A stretch of DNA of 64,000 nt from Octopus vulgaris (GCA_951406725.2 OX597831.1:48732001-48796000); one strand, 5' to 3'. Positions 25,675-38,645 are shown, counted from the stretch's first letter. Notes: generated by a model from the sequence alone, not told the origin. Program-made: numbers and translations.

Positions 25675-25836
25675 CTCTGTCTTCCCTTCTCTGGATCTTT
25701 CCTTCTCCTATGTTTCCGACGAAGAGCTCCGCTCGAAACGTTAAACCCTCCTTCTTTTCTTCTTTCCTGAGCGTCTAATAATACTATATTTGTTCCACAT
25801 CCTTGCGTTGTGTTTTTTGTGCTTTCTTGTTTGGAT

Positions 25837-25850
<14 letters not shown>
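25672..25850 (+). mobile_element. Penelope-like pseudo-LTR fragment flanked by (TA)n
   Basis: Second copy at 13158-13372; carries the hammerhead-like motif. Confidence 0.65.
25712..25746 (+). ncRNA. Minimal type I hammerhead ribozyme-like motif
   Basis: gttt-CCGACGA-a-gagc(tcc)gctc-GAAA-c-GTT-aaac: stem I gttt/aaac, 4-bp stem II, palindromic aacgtt stem III; core has C in place of U4. Confidence 0.55.
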
Positions 25851-25872
<22 letters not shown>

Positions 25873-27307
25873 AGATCAAATTGTATGTACGCCACTATAT
25901 TTTATATATAAAAAGTACACAAAAAATACAAAAATGGGACAAGAACGCAAAACATCCAGACAGTTAGGTAATACAAAAAAGGGGCAACAAAACATCCAGA
26001 CAGACGATACAAAGAAAAGAAGGACAGGTCATTCAGAGTTTTCTATCCTCAGTCAAGTTCCAGATTATCTTTGCAATTTTGGCTTGTTATACTCAAGATT
26101 GCTCCAATCTGGCCAGCCCCAAGGAAAAACTAAGCTAAGAGCATTAGCTTCCTTGGAAGAAAGCAGTGAATATATACGAAAAGAAGGACAGAAAAAAAAC
26201 AGAGAAATGTTACACAAATACAAATGCAATTAACAGGAAATAACAACAGGTGTCTTTTGACTAAGGATGAATTAAATTAAGCTGGCATGTGTGGAAGTAA
26301 AGCCTTATGGCAGGGACATAAGATTTAATAAGTACAAAGAGTAATATAGATGTTACACGGATGGTAGTCGAACCAAGAAAGAAAGGTCAGGCCTGGCCGA
26401 ACACTGGTCACGTGGGTTAGGATTACTGGGGTTGATTCCTTCACCAAAAAATACCCCTCAAATCAGTGCCTTAGCATGGCCACAGTCCAGTGAGTGAAAC
26501 AAGTAAATAGATAGTTTTCAGTTACTGTCTCCAAATCTACCTTATCCAATATTTCGTTCCATTTTGAGACTGTAAAATGTAAGTCTGATTTGGTTGCTAT
26601 TTCATGTAAATCAAATCAGTTTTCAGGGGTTACCTACCATAGAACAGTCATTTATTGTGAAGAGAACTTTTAAAAGATTCAGCAATATTATTAACACGTT
26701 ATTTTCCTTATCTGTCAGTGAAGCAATAATATATTATTTAGCATGTTTATCAACTTTCAAACAACCCCACAGCGCTTTCAGACTTTGTTTTATTTCTGTA
26801 ACAAAATTTAGTAACTTGAATTACAGACAAAACCATTCTGAAAACTACTTCTCCAAGAATAACAAAGTTAATCAACTTTACAATAAGATGGCTAAAAGCT
26901 CACCACTTTCTTTATACACACATATATACATACATACATACATACATATATATATATTTGTATGTGTGTGTGTGTGGGGGGGGTATATGGACACACATAC
27001 ATATATATATGTATACACCCACTCATGCATACATACACACACACACCTATATATATATACATACATACAAACGTACGTATGTACATACACACATGCATAT
27101 AGATATATGAGAAAGAGAGCTTCTGGCTGTCTTATTGTAAAGTTGGTTGGAAATAACTTTATTGTTCCTAGCAGAGTAGTTTAAGAAAGGTTTTAACTCC
27201 CACGTCTAGCATGGCAAAATCAGCATTAAATAAATAAACAAACAAACAAAGAAATACACACACACACACACACATGTGAGTGTGTGTATATATACATATA
27301 TATTTAC

Positions 27308-27908
27308 GCAGGGACCCACTATATTGCAGAAGTGAAATGTTCTTGAAAATCTAGCTATAACACAAAATTAATTTTCCCATTGATTTTCGTGTTATTGAGA
27401 TGCATTCTGGCAGTTTAAAGGTTTAAAGAAACTGTAACATGACCAGACCACGTTTATGCGTGAAAAAAGCAATTTCTAGACATATACAGTATAAAAGAAT
27501 AAATTAGAATCATCATATTATAATAGGGTACATCCCTACCCCAAAACATGTGGAGTATTGTGTAAGGGGTGGTGATGGTACAACATCAGTTACTGAGAAA
27601 ATTTGAGAAACTATCTTCTCTCTTATGGTTCATCATCATCTTCTTCTGCCTGATGGGTGAAGAACTTACCAAAAGTTGATTGATGTTTATGGGGCATCAT
27701 TCTTTTATACTAGTATTTCTCAACTGGGGTTCTCTGGAGCGCTAGAGTTCTGCAAAAGGTTCCAAGGGATTCCATGAGAAAGAGTGAGATAAGCTAATCC
27801 TAATTTCATGATCATAATATTACTATATATGCACAACACATTATTGGTTATTGTAATATAGACATCATCCTATCTAACCTATTATGTTATCAAAAAAATA
27901 TAACAACC

Positions 27909-27946
<38 letters not shown>

Positions 27947-28024
27947 TCCTGAGTGCTATACTAATACATCTGTTTGTGTATACACCACCTGCCTTTGTCT
28001 TTTGTTTATTTTTGTAAACTTTCC

Positions 28025-28066
<42 letters not shown>

Positions 28067-29420
28067 TATATATGTAATAATATAAATAATATACAAATAT
28101 ATAAATATATACATACATATATGTACATACCTACATATATATATATGTATATATATGCATGAGTATTTGGGTACTCGACATCAAAAAAACGTTGAAAACA
28201 ATGAGAAACGAAAACATAAAAACAAAAACATAGAAAACGAACTGTTTTTTTGAACAACAAAAAAAAACAGAGAAACGAGACATGCAACATACAGAATATT
28301 CCCCTTAATCAGTTCTCCCTGTTTCATCTACTCCATGTTTTGAAGGCAAGGACAATATGCGACTTTGTTGAAACAGTCCTTCCAACAAAGCAAATTAAAT
28401 AAAATTTGGGATTTTTTGCAGAGGGTGAAAGTGGTAACAAGAATAGGACAGTGAGAACAAGACAGTAAAAACAGACGATATATATATATATAAATATATG
28501 ATATTTACCATGTGAACTATGATGAAAAAAATATGAGAAAGATACAGTATATAATATTTTTTGTGCAGGGGTTCCTTGAGACATGTAATTTATTTTAAGG
28601 GTTATGCAAGGGTAAAAAGGTTGAGAAACTCAGCTTTATACAGATCAATGTTGGAATCAAACTTATTGCAAACACCTCTTGTAATTTTCATTATGTTCAT
28701 GGTGTCACACAGAGAAGATAAACTCTCTATTTGCGATATTAGCAATTCAACCACATCACCCTCTATCATTTCTTCAAGCCCTACATAATTTCCAAGTGTC
28801 ATAATATCTGTCCAAATTTTTGAGAACTTGTCTGGCCATGAATTTCACCAAGTACCATTCAATGCTGAAGGTTTCACTTCAACCCATGATTCAGTTTATT
28901 ATCCACAGCAACCATTATGTTGAATTTACTTCTGAAGTCTCTAACTCTCAATTGTTTTCACACTCTATTTGAAAGTTCTTTTCAAGCAATACACTTTGAA
29001 GTTAGCTATCGCACATTGATCCATAGGCTGGAGCAAAGATGCCATATTCTTAATGTATGCTTACATTATCAGCAAGCTCATTTACGTTCACTAGGTGGCT
29101 TGGTCTAAAATAAACATTGCTTTGTTTGAAATATATGCCTGGCACTGTACCTTTCAACAGTCGGGTAAAAGAGAAAACGTTTGTAAACCACACTTTGAAA
29201 AGGCTGTTAGTCATCCATGCCTTCTTATTTAAACAGCAAAACAGAGGCAGATTGGTAGATTACACTTTCTGTAATTGTTGAAAGCTCTTGGGTTTTCAGA
29301 GTGATATATGAAAAGGGCTTTAATTTCATGTCATCAGTATCAATTCCTCCATTTACAGTTCCTTTTCATATAACTACTTTCAGTTTTACTTCATAGCTTT
29401 TTTTCTAGACATTCTTAATT
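27308..29420 (-). pseudogene. Tigger/pogo (DDE_1) transposon fossil
   Basis: Minus strand NKKAWMT (about 29210-29232), SLLQPMDQCAIANFK (about 29000-29040), SWVEVKPSALNGTW, and C-terminal KHQSTFGKFF near 27660-27690; split by a hAT MITE. Confidence 0.8.
27711..28633. mobile_element. hAT-type MITE with nested insertions
   Basis: TIR cores tttctcaac / gttgagaaa; TSD ttttatac / ctttatac; ggggttcc-type subterminal motifs. Confidence 0.75.
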
Positions 29421-29472
29421 CTAAGTAAATCCAAAAACAGCAGCAAACAATAATTACCCACAACAAACCACC

Positions 29473-29700
29473 ATCATCATCATCATCATCATCATCATCA
29501 TTTAACATCTGTTTTCCGTGCAGTCATGAGTTGGACGGTTTTGACAAAATCTGGAAAGTTAGGGAGCAGCACCAGCTTCCAGTCATGTGTTTTGGCTTAG
29601 TTTTTTTTTTTAGCTGGATGTCCTTCCTAATGTCAACCACTTTAAAGAGTGTACTGGGTGCTTCTTACGTGGCATCAGTACAGGTGCTTTTTACGTAAGT
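29473..29700 (-). mobile_element. RTE-type 3' tail element
   Basis: (cat)n plus shared UTR. Confidence 0.8.
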
Positions 29701-29939
29701 CAAATATGTATTAAAAAAAAAAGAGTACCAGGGAAACCTGTTTTGTGAGAGCGAAAATATTATTGTATTAATCCTTTGGGTGTAACTATGGAAATGAGAA
29801 GATGGAAAGGGTAATGCATGAGGTGGAAGGAAATTACTGTACAATTACTGATAGATGAAGGGTTACCAGGTTCAGGGGCACTTCACCAATTGCACCTCTG
29901 ACTTAAGTCATAAAAGCTGCACCCTTGTTTCACACACAT

Positions 29940-29979
<40 letters not shown>

Positions 29980-30044
29980 CTACTACTTTGACTACTACTA
30001 CTACTATGTAAACTGGCAGTTTTGTGTCTGTATAATATAGATTC

Positions 30045-30672
30045 CAAATTTTAGCACAAGTCCAACAAGTTTGGGGGAGGAGTTAAGTCGATTATATCTA
30101 GGCTGTGTGGTAAGTAGCTTGCTAACGAACCACATGGTTCTGGATTCAGTCCCACTGCATGGCACCTGGGGCAAGTGTCTTCTACTATAGCCTCAGGCCG
30201 ACCAAAGCCTTGTGAGTGGATTTGGTAGACAGAAACTGAAAGAAGCCTGTTGTATATATATATGTATATATATGTATGTATATATATGTATGTGTGTATA
30301 TATGTTTGTGTGTCTGTGTTTGTCCCCCCAACATCGCTTGACAATTGATGGTGGTGTATTTACGTCCCCGTAACTTAGCGGTTTGGCAAGAGAGTCCGAT
30401 AGAATAAGTACTGGACTTACAAAGAATAATTCCTGGGGTTGATTTGGTCGACTAAAGGTGGTGCTCCAGCATGGCCACAGTCAAATGACTGAAACAAGCA
30501 AAAGAGAGTAAAAGAGAGACTCCCAGTACTCAACTAATACATATTTTATTGACCCCGAAAGGCATGAAAGGCAATGTCAACCACGGCAAAATTTTAATTC
30601 AGGACGTAAAGACGGATGAAATGCTTCTTAGCATTTTGTCCAGCAAGCAAACAATTCTATCAGCTCACCACC
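30045..30672 (-). mobile_element. SINE family B (tail type 2) split by a family A SINE
   Basis: Tail 30045-30100, remainder 30519-30672. Confidence 0.75.
30101..30518 (+). mobile_element. SINE family A
   Basis: Full-length match. Confidence 0.92.
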
Positions 30673-31191
30673 ATCTTCTGTTTTTGTATAATATTATCTC
30701 TGTGATTTGATTAGTTTTATGAGAACAATTTATATAATATAAAATAGCATTGGCTGAACACCTCTCATATACCTCCAATGAAAGCATCTTAAGTCTTGAA
30801 TTATTTCTATTACTTTTAATCTCAATACTTGATGTCGTAATCTCATACTTAACAGAGTCTTTAAAACAGATAATGACTTGTCAAATATAGTTTACTCTGA
30901 AGGCAACCTATCTTCATCTTCACAAATATTTTTTTACTTACAACTTATAATGATATCTAATGATAGTTATTTTTTGTTGGTGTTTTTGTTTAAATTTCTG
31001 GGTTTTTTTTTCCTTTTTTATATCTGTCAAGTTAAAATGTTTCTTTTGTTAATTAACTGTGATAAGGTGACATTTCTGAAGATGAAGTTGCCTACTTTTG
31101 ATTTTTATTGAGAAACACAAAATGAAACCCAGCCATGTCAAATGTTTTGAGTAGATCTTGAGAAGAATAGCTTTTCATAGAAATCTCTATC

Positions 31192-31352
31192 AGGAGTGGC
31201 TGTGTGGTAAGTAGCTTGCTTACAAACCACATAGTTCCGGGTTCAGTCCCCTGTGTAGCACCTTGGGCAAGTGTCTTCTACTATAGCCACAGACCGACCA
31301 AAGCCTTGTGAGTGGATTTGGTAAACGGAAACTGAAAGAAGCCCGTCGTATA
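31192..31352 (+). mobile_element. SINE family A head
   Basis: ggagtggctgtgtggtaag...gaaagaagcccgtcg. Confidence 0.9.
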
Positions 31353-31397
31353 TATGTATCCTTTTTTGTGCTGGTATCACAATAACACAAACCCACA

Positions 31398-31740
31398 GTA
31401 AGAGTAAAGGGTAAAGAGCCCCTTTGGTCATGAATAACCAAGGGATTGCACTTAGAAAGTTCCCCTTTGAGGCACAAGTCCAGGCAAGGTTGTTTATGGA
31501 AGACCAGCAGTCGCCCATGCATACCAGCCTCCCTTCTCCATGCCATCAATGTTATCCAAGGGAAAGACAAAGGCTGATACAACTTGGCACCAGTGACATC
31601 GCAACTCATTTCTACAGATGAACTGGAGCAACATGAAATAAAGTGTCTTGCTCAAGAACACAACACAGAGCTGAGTCTGGGAAATGAATTCACTATCTCG
31701 TGATTGTGATCCCAATGCCTTAACCATTAGGGCTAGGAGG
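31398..31740 (-). mobile_element. tRNA-derived SINE family D
   Basis: Minus-strand head tagccctaatggttaagg, gtgttcttgagcaagacactt core and ttaccctttac tail; related heads at about 41340-41455 and 47760-47870. Confidence 0.75.
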
Positions 31741-33570
31741 GCCTCTAGTCTTGTCCAAAGTTGTAACCACTGCACTACTGTTGGTACCATAAAAAAATAA
31801 GCACACAGAACCCTTTATAAAGGAACAGGCATAACTGTGTGGTTGAGATGGTTTGTTTCCCATACTAAGTGGTTTCAGGTTCAGTCCCACTCTGAAGTAT
31901 CTTGAGCAAGTGTCTTCTACTATAGCACCAAATACTTTGTTTGTTGGCCATGAAAGGATAAAAGGAAAAGTAGATTTGAGTAGGGTTTGAACTCAGAGTG
32001 GAAAAATTACCACAAAGCAATCTATATGTCACTCTAATAATTCTAGCAATCAGCTGTCTTGTTAATAAAAGCAAAACCTTTTATTGAATAATTTTGACCA
32101 GGATATTGATAACTGTCTTTTCCCCACCCACTCTCTTACTCTTTCTCCATCACAAATTCTCTCTCTGTCTCCTTTCTCTCTCTCTCTCTTTCTTGCTGAT
32201 GATCCACAAGGAAACAATGTTAGAATTTTCACAATAAAATGTAATAAGCAAAAGAATCAGGATTTTAAATGATCAATAAAAATACAGAAGATGCTTTTGG
32301 CTTTTTGTTTAAAATACAAAAATTAACGGAGAAAGCATTTTCGATTTATGTTATTTTATTTCATTTTTTTAAAATCTTTTGATTTTTCAACTTTGGCAGC
32401 TTACAGTACAATATTGCAATAATAATTTTAATAACCAATTTAGCTGTTTACTCATTTAATGCTTAATTATCTTGCCATAAGAAAATTCAGTGTTCAACTA
32501 TGGAAGACATCAAATGATGTAAGCCAACAATATTACAATAAAGCAATTAGAAGAGAATTATTTTCTCTGACTCCTCTCTTTTGGATTCCTTTAGTATCTA
32601 CTTCTCTGTTGCTCCCTCTCCCTTTCTATCTCTCCCTTTCTATCTCTCCCTTTCCCAGTCTCTCTTTCTTTCTCTGCTGAGTTCTTTCACCCTCTCTATT
32701 TATCAGTCGAACTGACTAGTTATCTCCCCTACTGCTGGGTAATTGGAGAGGTTTATTTCCCAGGCCAGGACACATACTGGAAAATATCTATGATGGAACA
32801 ATGCAAAGACATTGATTGCACAACCTTGAAGCAATGCCATTATTATTACTTCCAAACATGAGCCACTTCCATCACTGACAAGGTTACTTGGTTAATACAA
32901 AATGACTGGCAAATTGAAAGCTCTACCTCCAAGGTAACTTACAAATACACAATTTGACAATCCTATCAATATGATAAACAAAGCTAATGAATGAATAATT
33001 AAATAAATTATTTATTAACCTTCTAGTATAAATCAGAATTTTTACACCTCATTAGAAGCAATCAATATTTACACCTTTATCTGTTATAAATAAATGAATA
33101 ACCATATCATTAATTCAATTATTAGATTGTTATATATGTAAGTCGGTGACTGAGCTAAGCTTCAGTAGTTTCTAGTTATGAACGGTAACAAGGAAAAAAG
33201 GAACTTAATTTTTGATACTCTGTATCTAAGAGATCACCATATGGGATTAATCATAGATTGTGGCTTGCCTTGTATTTGTAGTAATTTTGAGGGTTTTAAT
33301 TGCGTGTTGTTCTTGGCCAGAGTGGAGGGTTGAAATACAAAATTGTTTCCTAAATAACTGCAATGATTCAGTCATAAATCTATTGAAAGAGCTGTCATGT
33401 CCTCATTCTGTTCTGAAAAGCAGGCTTTTCTGGTCTTCATTCAGGAAAGCAATGCACATCTTATATGGGGTATTTAGACTACATGCATCCTAGATGATAA
33501 CTGTGTGTGAAGCAAAAAGTAGTATCAAACACAAGTGAATCCATCATTAGAAGTAAGAGCAAATATGTTA

Positions 33571-33690
33571 TTAACCTTTTAGCATTCAGATTACTACTCT
33601 ACCAAATGTAATGCTTATTTATTGACACTGTTTTGAATTAATCATGCATTATCTCATAGCTTTGAGATTTCGATGATGTGATTGTTTAGT
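33571..33690 (+). mobile_element. Left end of a TTAA (piggyBac-type) MITE
   Basis: ttaacctttt start; internal caaatgtaatgcttat recurs at about 60445. Confidence 0.45.
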
Positions 33691-33905
33691 GTGTATGTGT
33701 GTGTGTGTGCATATGTGTGTATGTGTAGACAGAAAGATGCTATGGAAATAACTATATTATGTTTTTTAAAAAAAAAGCAAAGAAAGTTCAGACAATTTGG
33801 TTCCAAACAACTAATAATACATTTTGAGGGAAGGGGCTTGTTTGTTAATTAATGCCATTGACAAACATGTCCTTATTACAGTAGTTTTATTGTGAAGTAT
33901 ATTAC

Positions 33906-33979
33906 TGAGTCAATCTGTTACTTGGTCAATTTGAAATACCTGATGCCAAATCATGTGACAGGTCATAACGTCACATGAC
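33906..33979. promoter_or_regulatory. AP-1 site plus an inverted pair of M-box/CLEAR-like E-boxes
   Basis: TGAGTCA 33906-33912; TCATGTGAC 33951-33959 and GTCACATGA 33970-33978 in non-repeat sequence. Confidence 0.3.
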
Positions 33980-34091
33980 CCTCTCCTCTTCCCACCCTGT
34001 CCACTCAACCTTATGTTTTTGTTTTGAGAGTAATCTTCTCTGCTCTCTTTATTACTAAGTTGTTGTTTTTTTTTTATTTTGCTTTTTTTAG

Positions 34092-34478
34092 TCCATGTTA
34101 GGATTTGGTCCTAAGTTGTTTAGAATTTGTGAAACTCTCCCAGATTTTAGCACTCTATGTGATCACCTGGTTTGTCTGCTGTGCATTATTGGCTCTACTT
34201 CTGTTGAATATCTCAAAAACAGGAGGCCATTAATGTTTGCCATAGAAGAGCCTAATCATCAGCAGATCTCATTCTATTGGAGCCATGTTGGTTAGTACTG
34301 AAGAGAGGGAAAGAGAGAGAGAGAGGGAACCTTGAGATGATGAAATAGAATGATTACTGTAATAATTCTCCTTATCTAATTTTATTTTCCATAATTTGAT
34401 ACAAAAATATATTTCCTTTTTATTTTATTATAACAGTTATAAAATTTCACAATTTTCATAATTAGTTTTACATGTTGA

Positions 34479-34513
<35 letters not shown>

Positions 34514-34847
34514 CATTATTATCATTATTATTATTATTGTTATTATTATTACTATTATTATTATTATTATCAATACTATTATTATTATAGCAGTGGTGAG
34601 CTGGTAGAATCATTAGCACACTGAGCAAAATGCTAAATGGCATTCCATCTGTCTTTACATTCTGAGTTCAATTTCCGCTAAGGTTGACTTTGCCTTTCAT
34701 CCTTTCAGGGTTCATAAAATAAGTACCCGTTGAACATTGGGATCGGACTTACCCACATACCCAAAATTGCTGGCCTTGTATGAAAATTTGAAACCATTCT
34801 TCTTCTTATTATTATTATTATTATAATCATCATCATCATCATCATCA

Positions 34848-34881
<34 letters not shown>

Positions 34882-35141
34882 ATAATTATGAATTCACTAT
34901 CAACTAACAAACTATTTTCAATTATATTTTTTAGGTAAGTGTTCCTTCGTGTTATGCTTGCAAAGGACTTCATTTTGTAAGGAAGGTAATTATATTACTA
35001 CAATTATATTTCTAATAAATAAGCTAAAATTTCATTCAATCATTTTAACATAAATTAGCAAGATATGATTTCAGATTTATATATCATAATATTTTTTTCA
35101 CACTACATTCATTCATTGTTTTTAGCATTACCAAAGAATTT
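34092..35141 (+). other. Three candidate host exons (34092-34290, 34935-34985, 35126-35141)
   Basis: Each has a pyrimidine tract plus AG and a GT donor (gttagt, gtaatt, gtaagt); they join in one open frame; product unrecognised. Confidence 0.3.
34594..34800 (+). mobile_element. SINE family B (tail type 2)
   Basis: gagctggtagaatcattagc...gactttgcctttcatcctttc...(att)n. Confidence 0.85.
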
Positions 35142-35339
35142 GTAAGTAATGTTTTAATGCAAATTAGAGCAAAAATCTTTGACAAAGCACATATGACAGC
35201 ATCATACGAAGAAAAAGTAACTAATGGAGTAAAGAGCAACTGTACATCCTTCTGATGTATGTAGACAGATTCAACATTGCAAAACGACTAAGGTTAATGA
35301 CTCAAGGCTGTTGTAGGAGATACTTACCCAATCAAGCCT

Positions 35340-35740
35340 GTTTTACTCTTTTACTCTTTTACTTGTTCCAGTCATTTGACTGCGGCCATGCTGGCGCACT
35401 GCCTTTAGTTGAGGTAATCAACCCCAGGACTTATTCTTTGTAAGCTTAGTACTTATTCTATCGGTCACTTTTGCCAAACCGCTAAGTAAACACACCAACA
35501 TTGGTTGTCATGCGATGTTGGGGGGAAAAACACAGACACACAAACACACACACATATACATACATATACATGTATACAATGGGCTTCTTTCAGTTTCCGT
35601 CTACCAAATCCACTCACAAGGCTTTGGTCACTCTGAGGCTATTGTAGAAAACACTTGCCAAAGGTGCCACGCAGTGAGACTGAACTCAGAACCATGTGGT
35701 TGGTAAGCAAGCTACTTACCACACAGCCACTCCTGCACCT
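35340..35740 (-). mobile_element. SINE family A
   Basis: Full-length match. Confidence 0.92.
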
Positions 35741-35862
35741 GCTTCTTGAATCTATTTTAAATCTAATGTTGAAACTATTTGCATATGCTTTACTACTCCT
35801 GTATATGCATGTGTGTGTGCATTGGTGTGTGTGTGTGCATGCATATATATACATATATATAC

Positions 35863-36305
35863 ACATGGTTCTGGGTCCAGTCCCATTGTGTGACACCTTG
35901 GGCAAATGTCTTTTACTATAACCTCGGTCTGACCAAAGCCTTGTGAGTGGATTTGGTAAATGGAAACTGAAAGAAGCCCATTGTATATATATATATAAAT
36001 ATAAATATAAATAATACATTTCTAAATATCTCAGAGAGATATATGCAGTAGTGGTACGATAAAGTAGTTGTATACTGTCAACTTAATGTGACAGTCCCAT
36101 GAAGGGAATCAAACTACTGCTATTTAGCCCTAGGAAGCAGCAACGCACACACACATACATACATATATAGCAGTTTGGCAAAAGAGACCGATAGAATAAG
36201 TACTAGGCTTATAAAGTATAAGTCCTAGGGTCAACTTGTTCGACTAATGGTGGTGTTCCAGTATGGCCAGTCAAATGACTGAAACAAATAAAAGAGTAAA
36301 AGAGT
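35863..36305 (+). mobile_element. SINE family A fragments separated by an insertion
   Basis: Head 35863-35985, 3' body 36170-36305. Confidence 0.8.
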
Positions 36306-36535
36306 AATATATACATATATGTGTGTGTGTGTATGTGTTTGTGTGTGTGTATGTATGTATATGTAAGTATGTGTATATATATATATACACACATACATAC
36401 ACACACACAAATAGTTTGTTAGTTTCAAAGAAGAAGCCATGGATGTTGTAGCATGGAAATCTAGATTTACTTATGGAGACAGCAACTGAGTAATGCCTGA
36501 GGAGATACATATAGATCTTCTTATGCAGGTAAATC

Positions 36536-36826
36536 GTTACCGATGCCAGCACCACCTCGACTGGCTTCCGTGCCGGTGGCACATAAAATACACCAATCTG
36601 ACCGTGGCCGTTGCCTGGCACCTGTGCAGGTGGCACGTAAAAAGCACCCACTACACTCACGGAGTGGTTGGCGTTAGGAGGGGCATCCAGCTGTAGAAAC
36701 ATTGCCAGATAAGACTGGAGCCTGGTGCAGCCTTCTAGCCTCCCAGATCCCCGGTCGAACCGTCCAACCCATGCTAGCATGGAGAACGGACGTTAAACGA
36801 TGATGATGATGATGATGATGATGATA
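36536..36826 (+). mobile_element. RTE-type 3' tail element
   Basis: Ends ggacgttaaacgatgatgat; CpG-rich, so probably young. Confidence 0.88.
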
Positions 36827-36939
36827 ATTTAATTTAAACTTAACTTCAAACCCTGTATATACGTGGATCTGTATGTATCGAAACATTTGTAGCGATTAAA
36901 AATCTGCCTAACTGTACTTACTCTTCCTTTTGACTCTCT

Positions 36940-37345
36940 TTACTCTTTACTCTTTTACTTATTTCAGTCATTTGACTGTGGCCATGCTGAAGCATCACCT
37001 TTAGTCGAGCAAATCGACTCCAGGACTTATACTTTGTAAGCCTTGTACTTATTCTATCAGTCGCTTTTGCTAAACTGCTAAGTTACGAGAACGTAAACAC
37101 ACTAGCATCGGTTGTCAAGTGATGTTGGGGGACAAACACAGACACGCAAACATACACACACACACACACACACAAACACACATATATGCATATATACGAC
37201 GGGATTCTTTCAGTTTCCGTCACAAGGCTTTGGTCGGCCCGAAGCTATAGCAGAAGACACTTGCCCAAGGTGCCACACAGTGGGACTGAACCCAGACCCA
37301 TGTGGTTCATAAGCAAGCTGCTTACCACATAGCCAGTCCTATGCC
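36940..37345 (-). mobile_element. SINE family A
   Basis: Full-length with a small internal deletion. Confidence 0.9.
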
Positions 37346-37540
37346 TTTTTAACGTTTTACACACACAAATATAAATATACAAAGATATATATATGTATAA
37401 TTATATGTAAAGGTGAGATTGAAGGATCTAAGTGTAGGTAGTTAGTAAGCTTTGAGTTGTCCTTAGAAGGTATAAAAAACAAATTTCAGGAACAATAGGG
37501 TTCATTGACATAGAGGGTTGTAATTTTCTCCCATATTTTC

Positions 37541-37771
37541 TATTTCTTTGTTGCCCACAGGGGGATAAACATAGAGGAGACAAACAAGGACAGACAAAGG
37601 GATTAAGTCGATGTAATCGATTCCAGTGCGTAACTGGCACTTATTTAATCGACCCCGAAAGGATGAAAGGCAAAGTCGACCATGGCGGAATTTGAACTCT
37701 GAGCTTAATGGCAGACGAAATACTGTTAAGCATTTTGCCCTGCGTGCTAACAATTCTGCCAGCTCGCCGCC
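37541..37771 (-). mobile_element. SINE family B (tail type 1)
   Basis: Full-length match to 2960-3190. Confidence 0.92.
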
Positions 37772-37840
37772 CGTATTGAAGTTTGATAAACTGAAATGAG
37801 TTATTTTATAGTTCGTGATTGGCAGCTGGGGTTGCTGTGC

Positions 37841-38042
37841 AGAAGCATCTCATCAAGTGCTGTAATAAGTGGTATCTCATTAAATGAAATCTGTTTTGCT
37901 CAGATTTAATTCAGTGTGTTGTTAGTGACCATAGGTTTAAGCCATCGGACAGGAATGCTAACAACATGCTGAATTAAATCTGAGCAAAACAGAGTTCATT
38001 TAACAAGATATGTCTTATTACATTACCTGACAGGACGTTTCT
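37841..38042. repeat. Fold-back inverted repeat
   Basis: ttaaatgaaatctgttttgctcagatttaattcag...ctgaattaaatctgagcaaaacagagttcatttaa; about 20-nt spacer. Confidence 0.9.
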
Positions 38043-38179
38043 ACCTTGATAGATACACCACTACTAGTTGGATAGTTTCCCACCCAAGAGGAATCAATGC
38101 AGGATATATCAAAACAATTGCTGTCAGTAATAAAGTGTTCCGTATATTCCATTTTCCATCTCTATCATTTGTTCTGCAC

Positions 38180-38612
38180 AGGTGTGACTGTGTCATAAGA
38201 AGCTTGCTTCCCAACCACATGGCTCTGGGTTCAGTCCCACTGTGTGGCACCATAGGCTAGTGTATTTTACTATAGCCTCAGGTCAACTGAAGCCTTGTGA
38301 GAGGATTTGGTAGACAGAGACTGAAAGAAGTTTGTTTTGTGTGTGTGTGTATTTATGGATGTGTGTTTATGTATGTGCATTTATGTATGTGCGTTTTGTG
38401 CCCGTGTTCTTTCCTCTACCATCACTTGACAACCGATGTTGGTGAGTTTACATCCCCGTAACTTAATGGGTTGACAAAAGAGACTAATAGAATAAGTACC
38501 AGGCTTACAAAGAATAAGTCCTGGGGTCAATTTCTTCAACTATAAATCCTTCAAGGTGGGGCTCCAGCATGGCCACGGTCAAATGACTGAATCAAGTAAA
38601 AGAATAAAAGAA
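38180..38612 (+). mobile_element. SINE family A
   Basis: Full-length match. Confidence 0.9.
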
Positions 38613-38645
38613 TATACATATATATATATATATATTATTATTAAA

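Noticed and set aside
32764-32933. Possible plus-strand exon (cccag...aag|gtaact)
   Set aside because: Stops in all frames and phase-incompatible with the 34092 candidate; cannot be supported without RNA data
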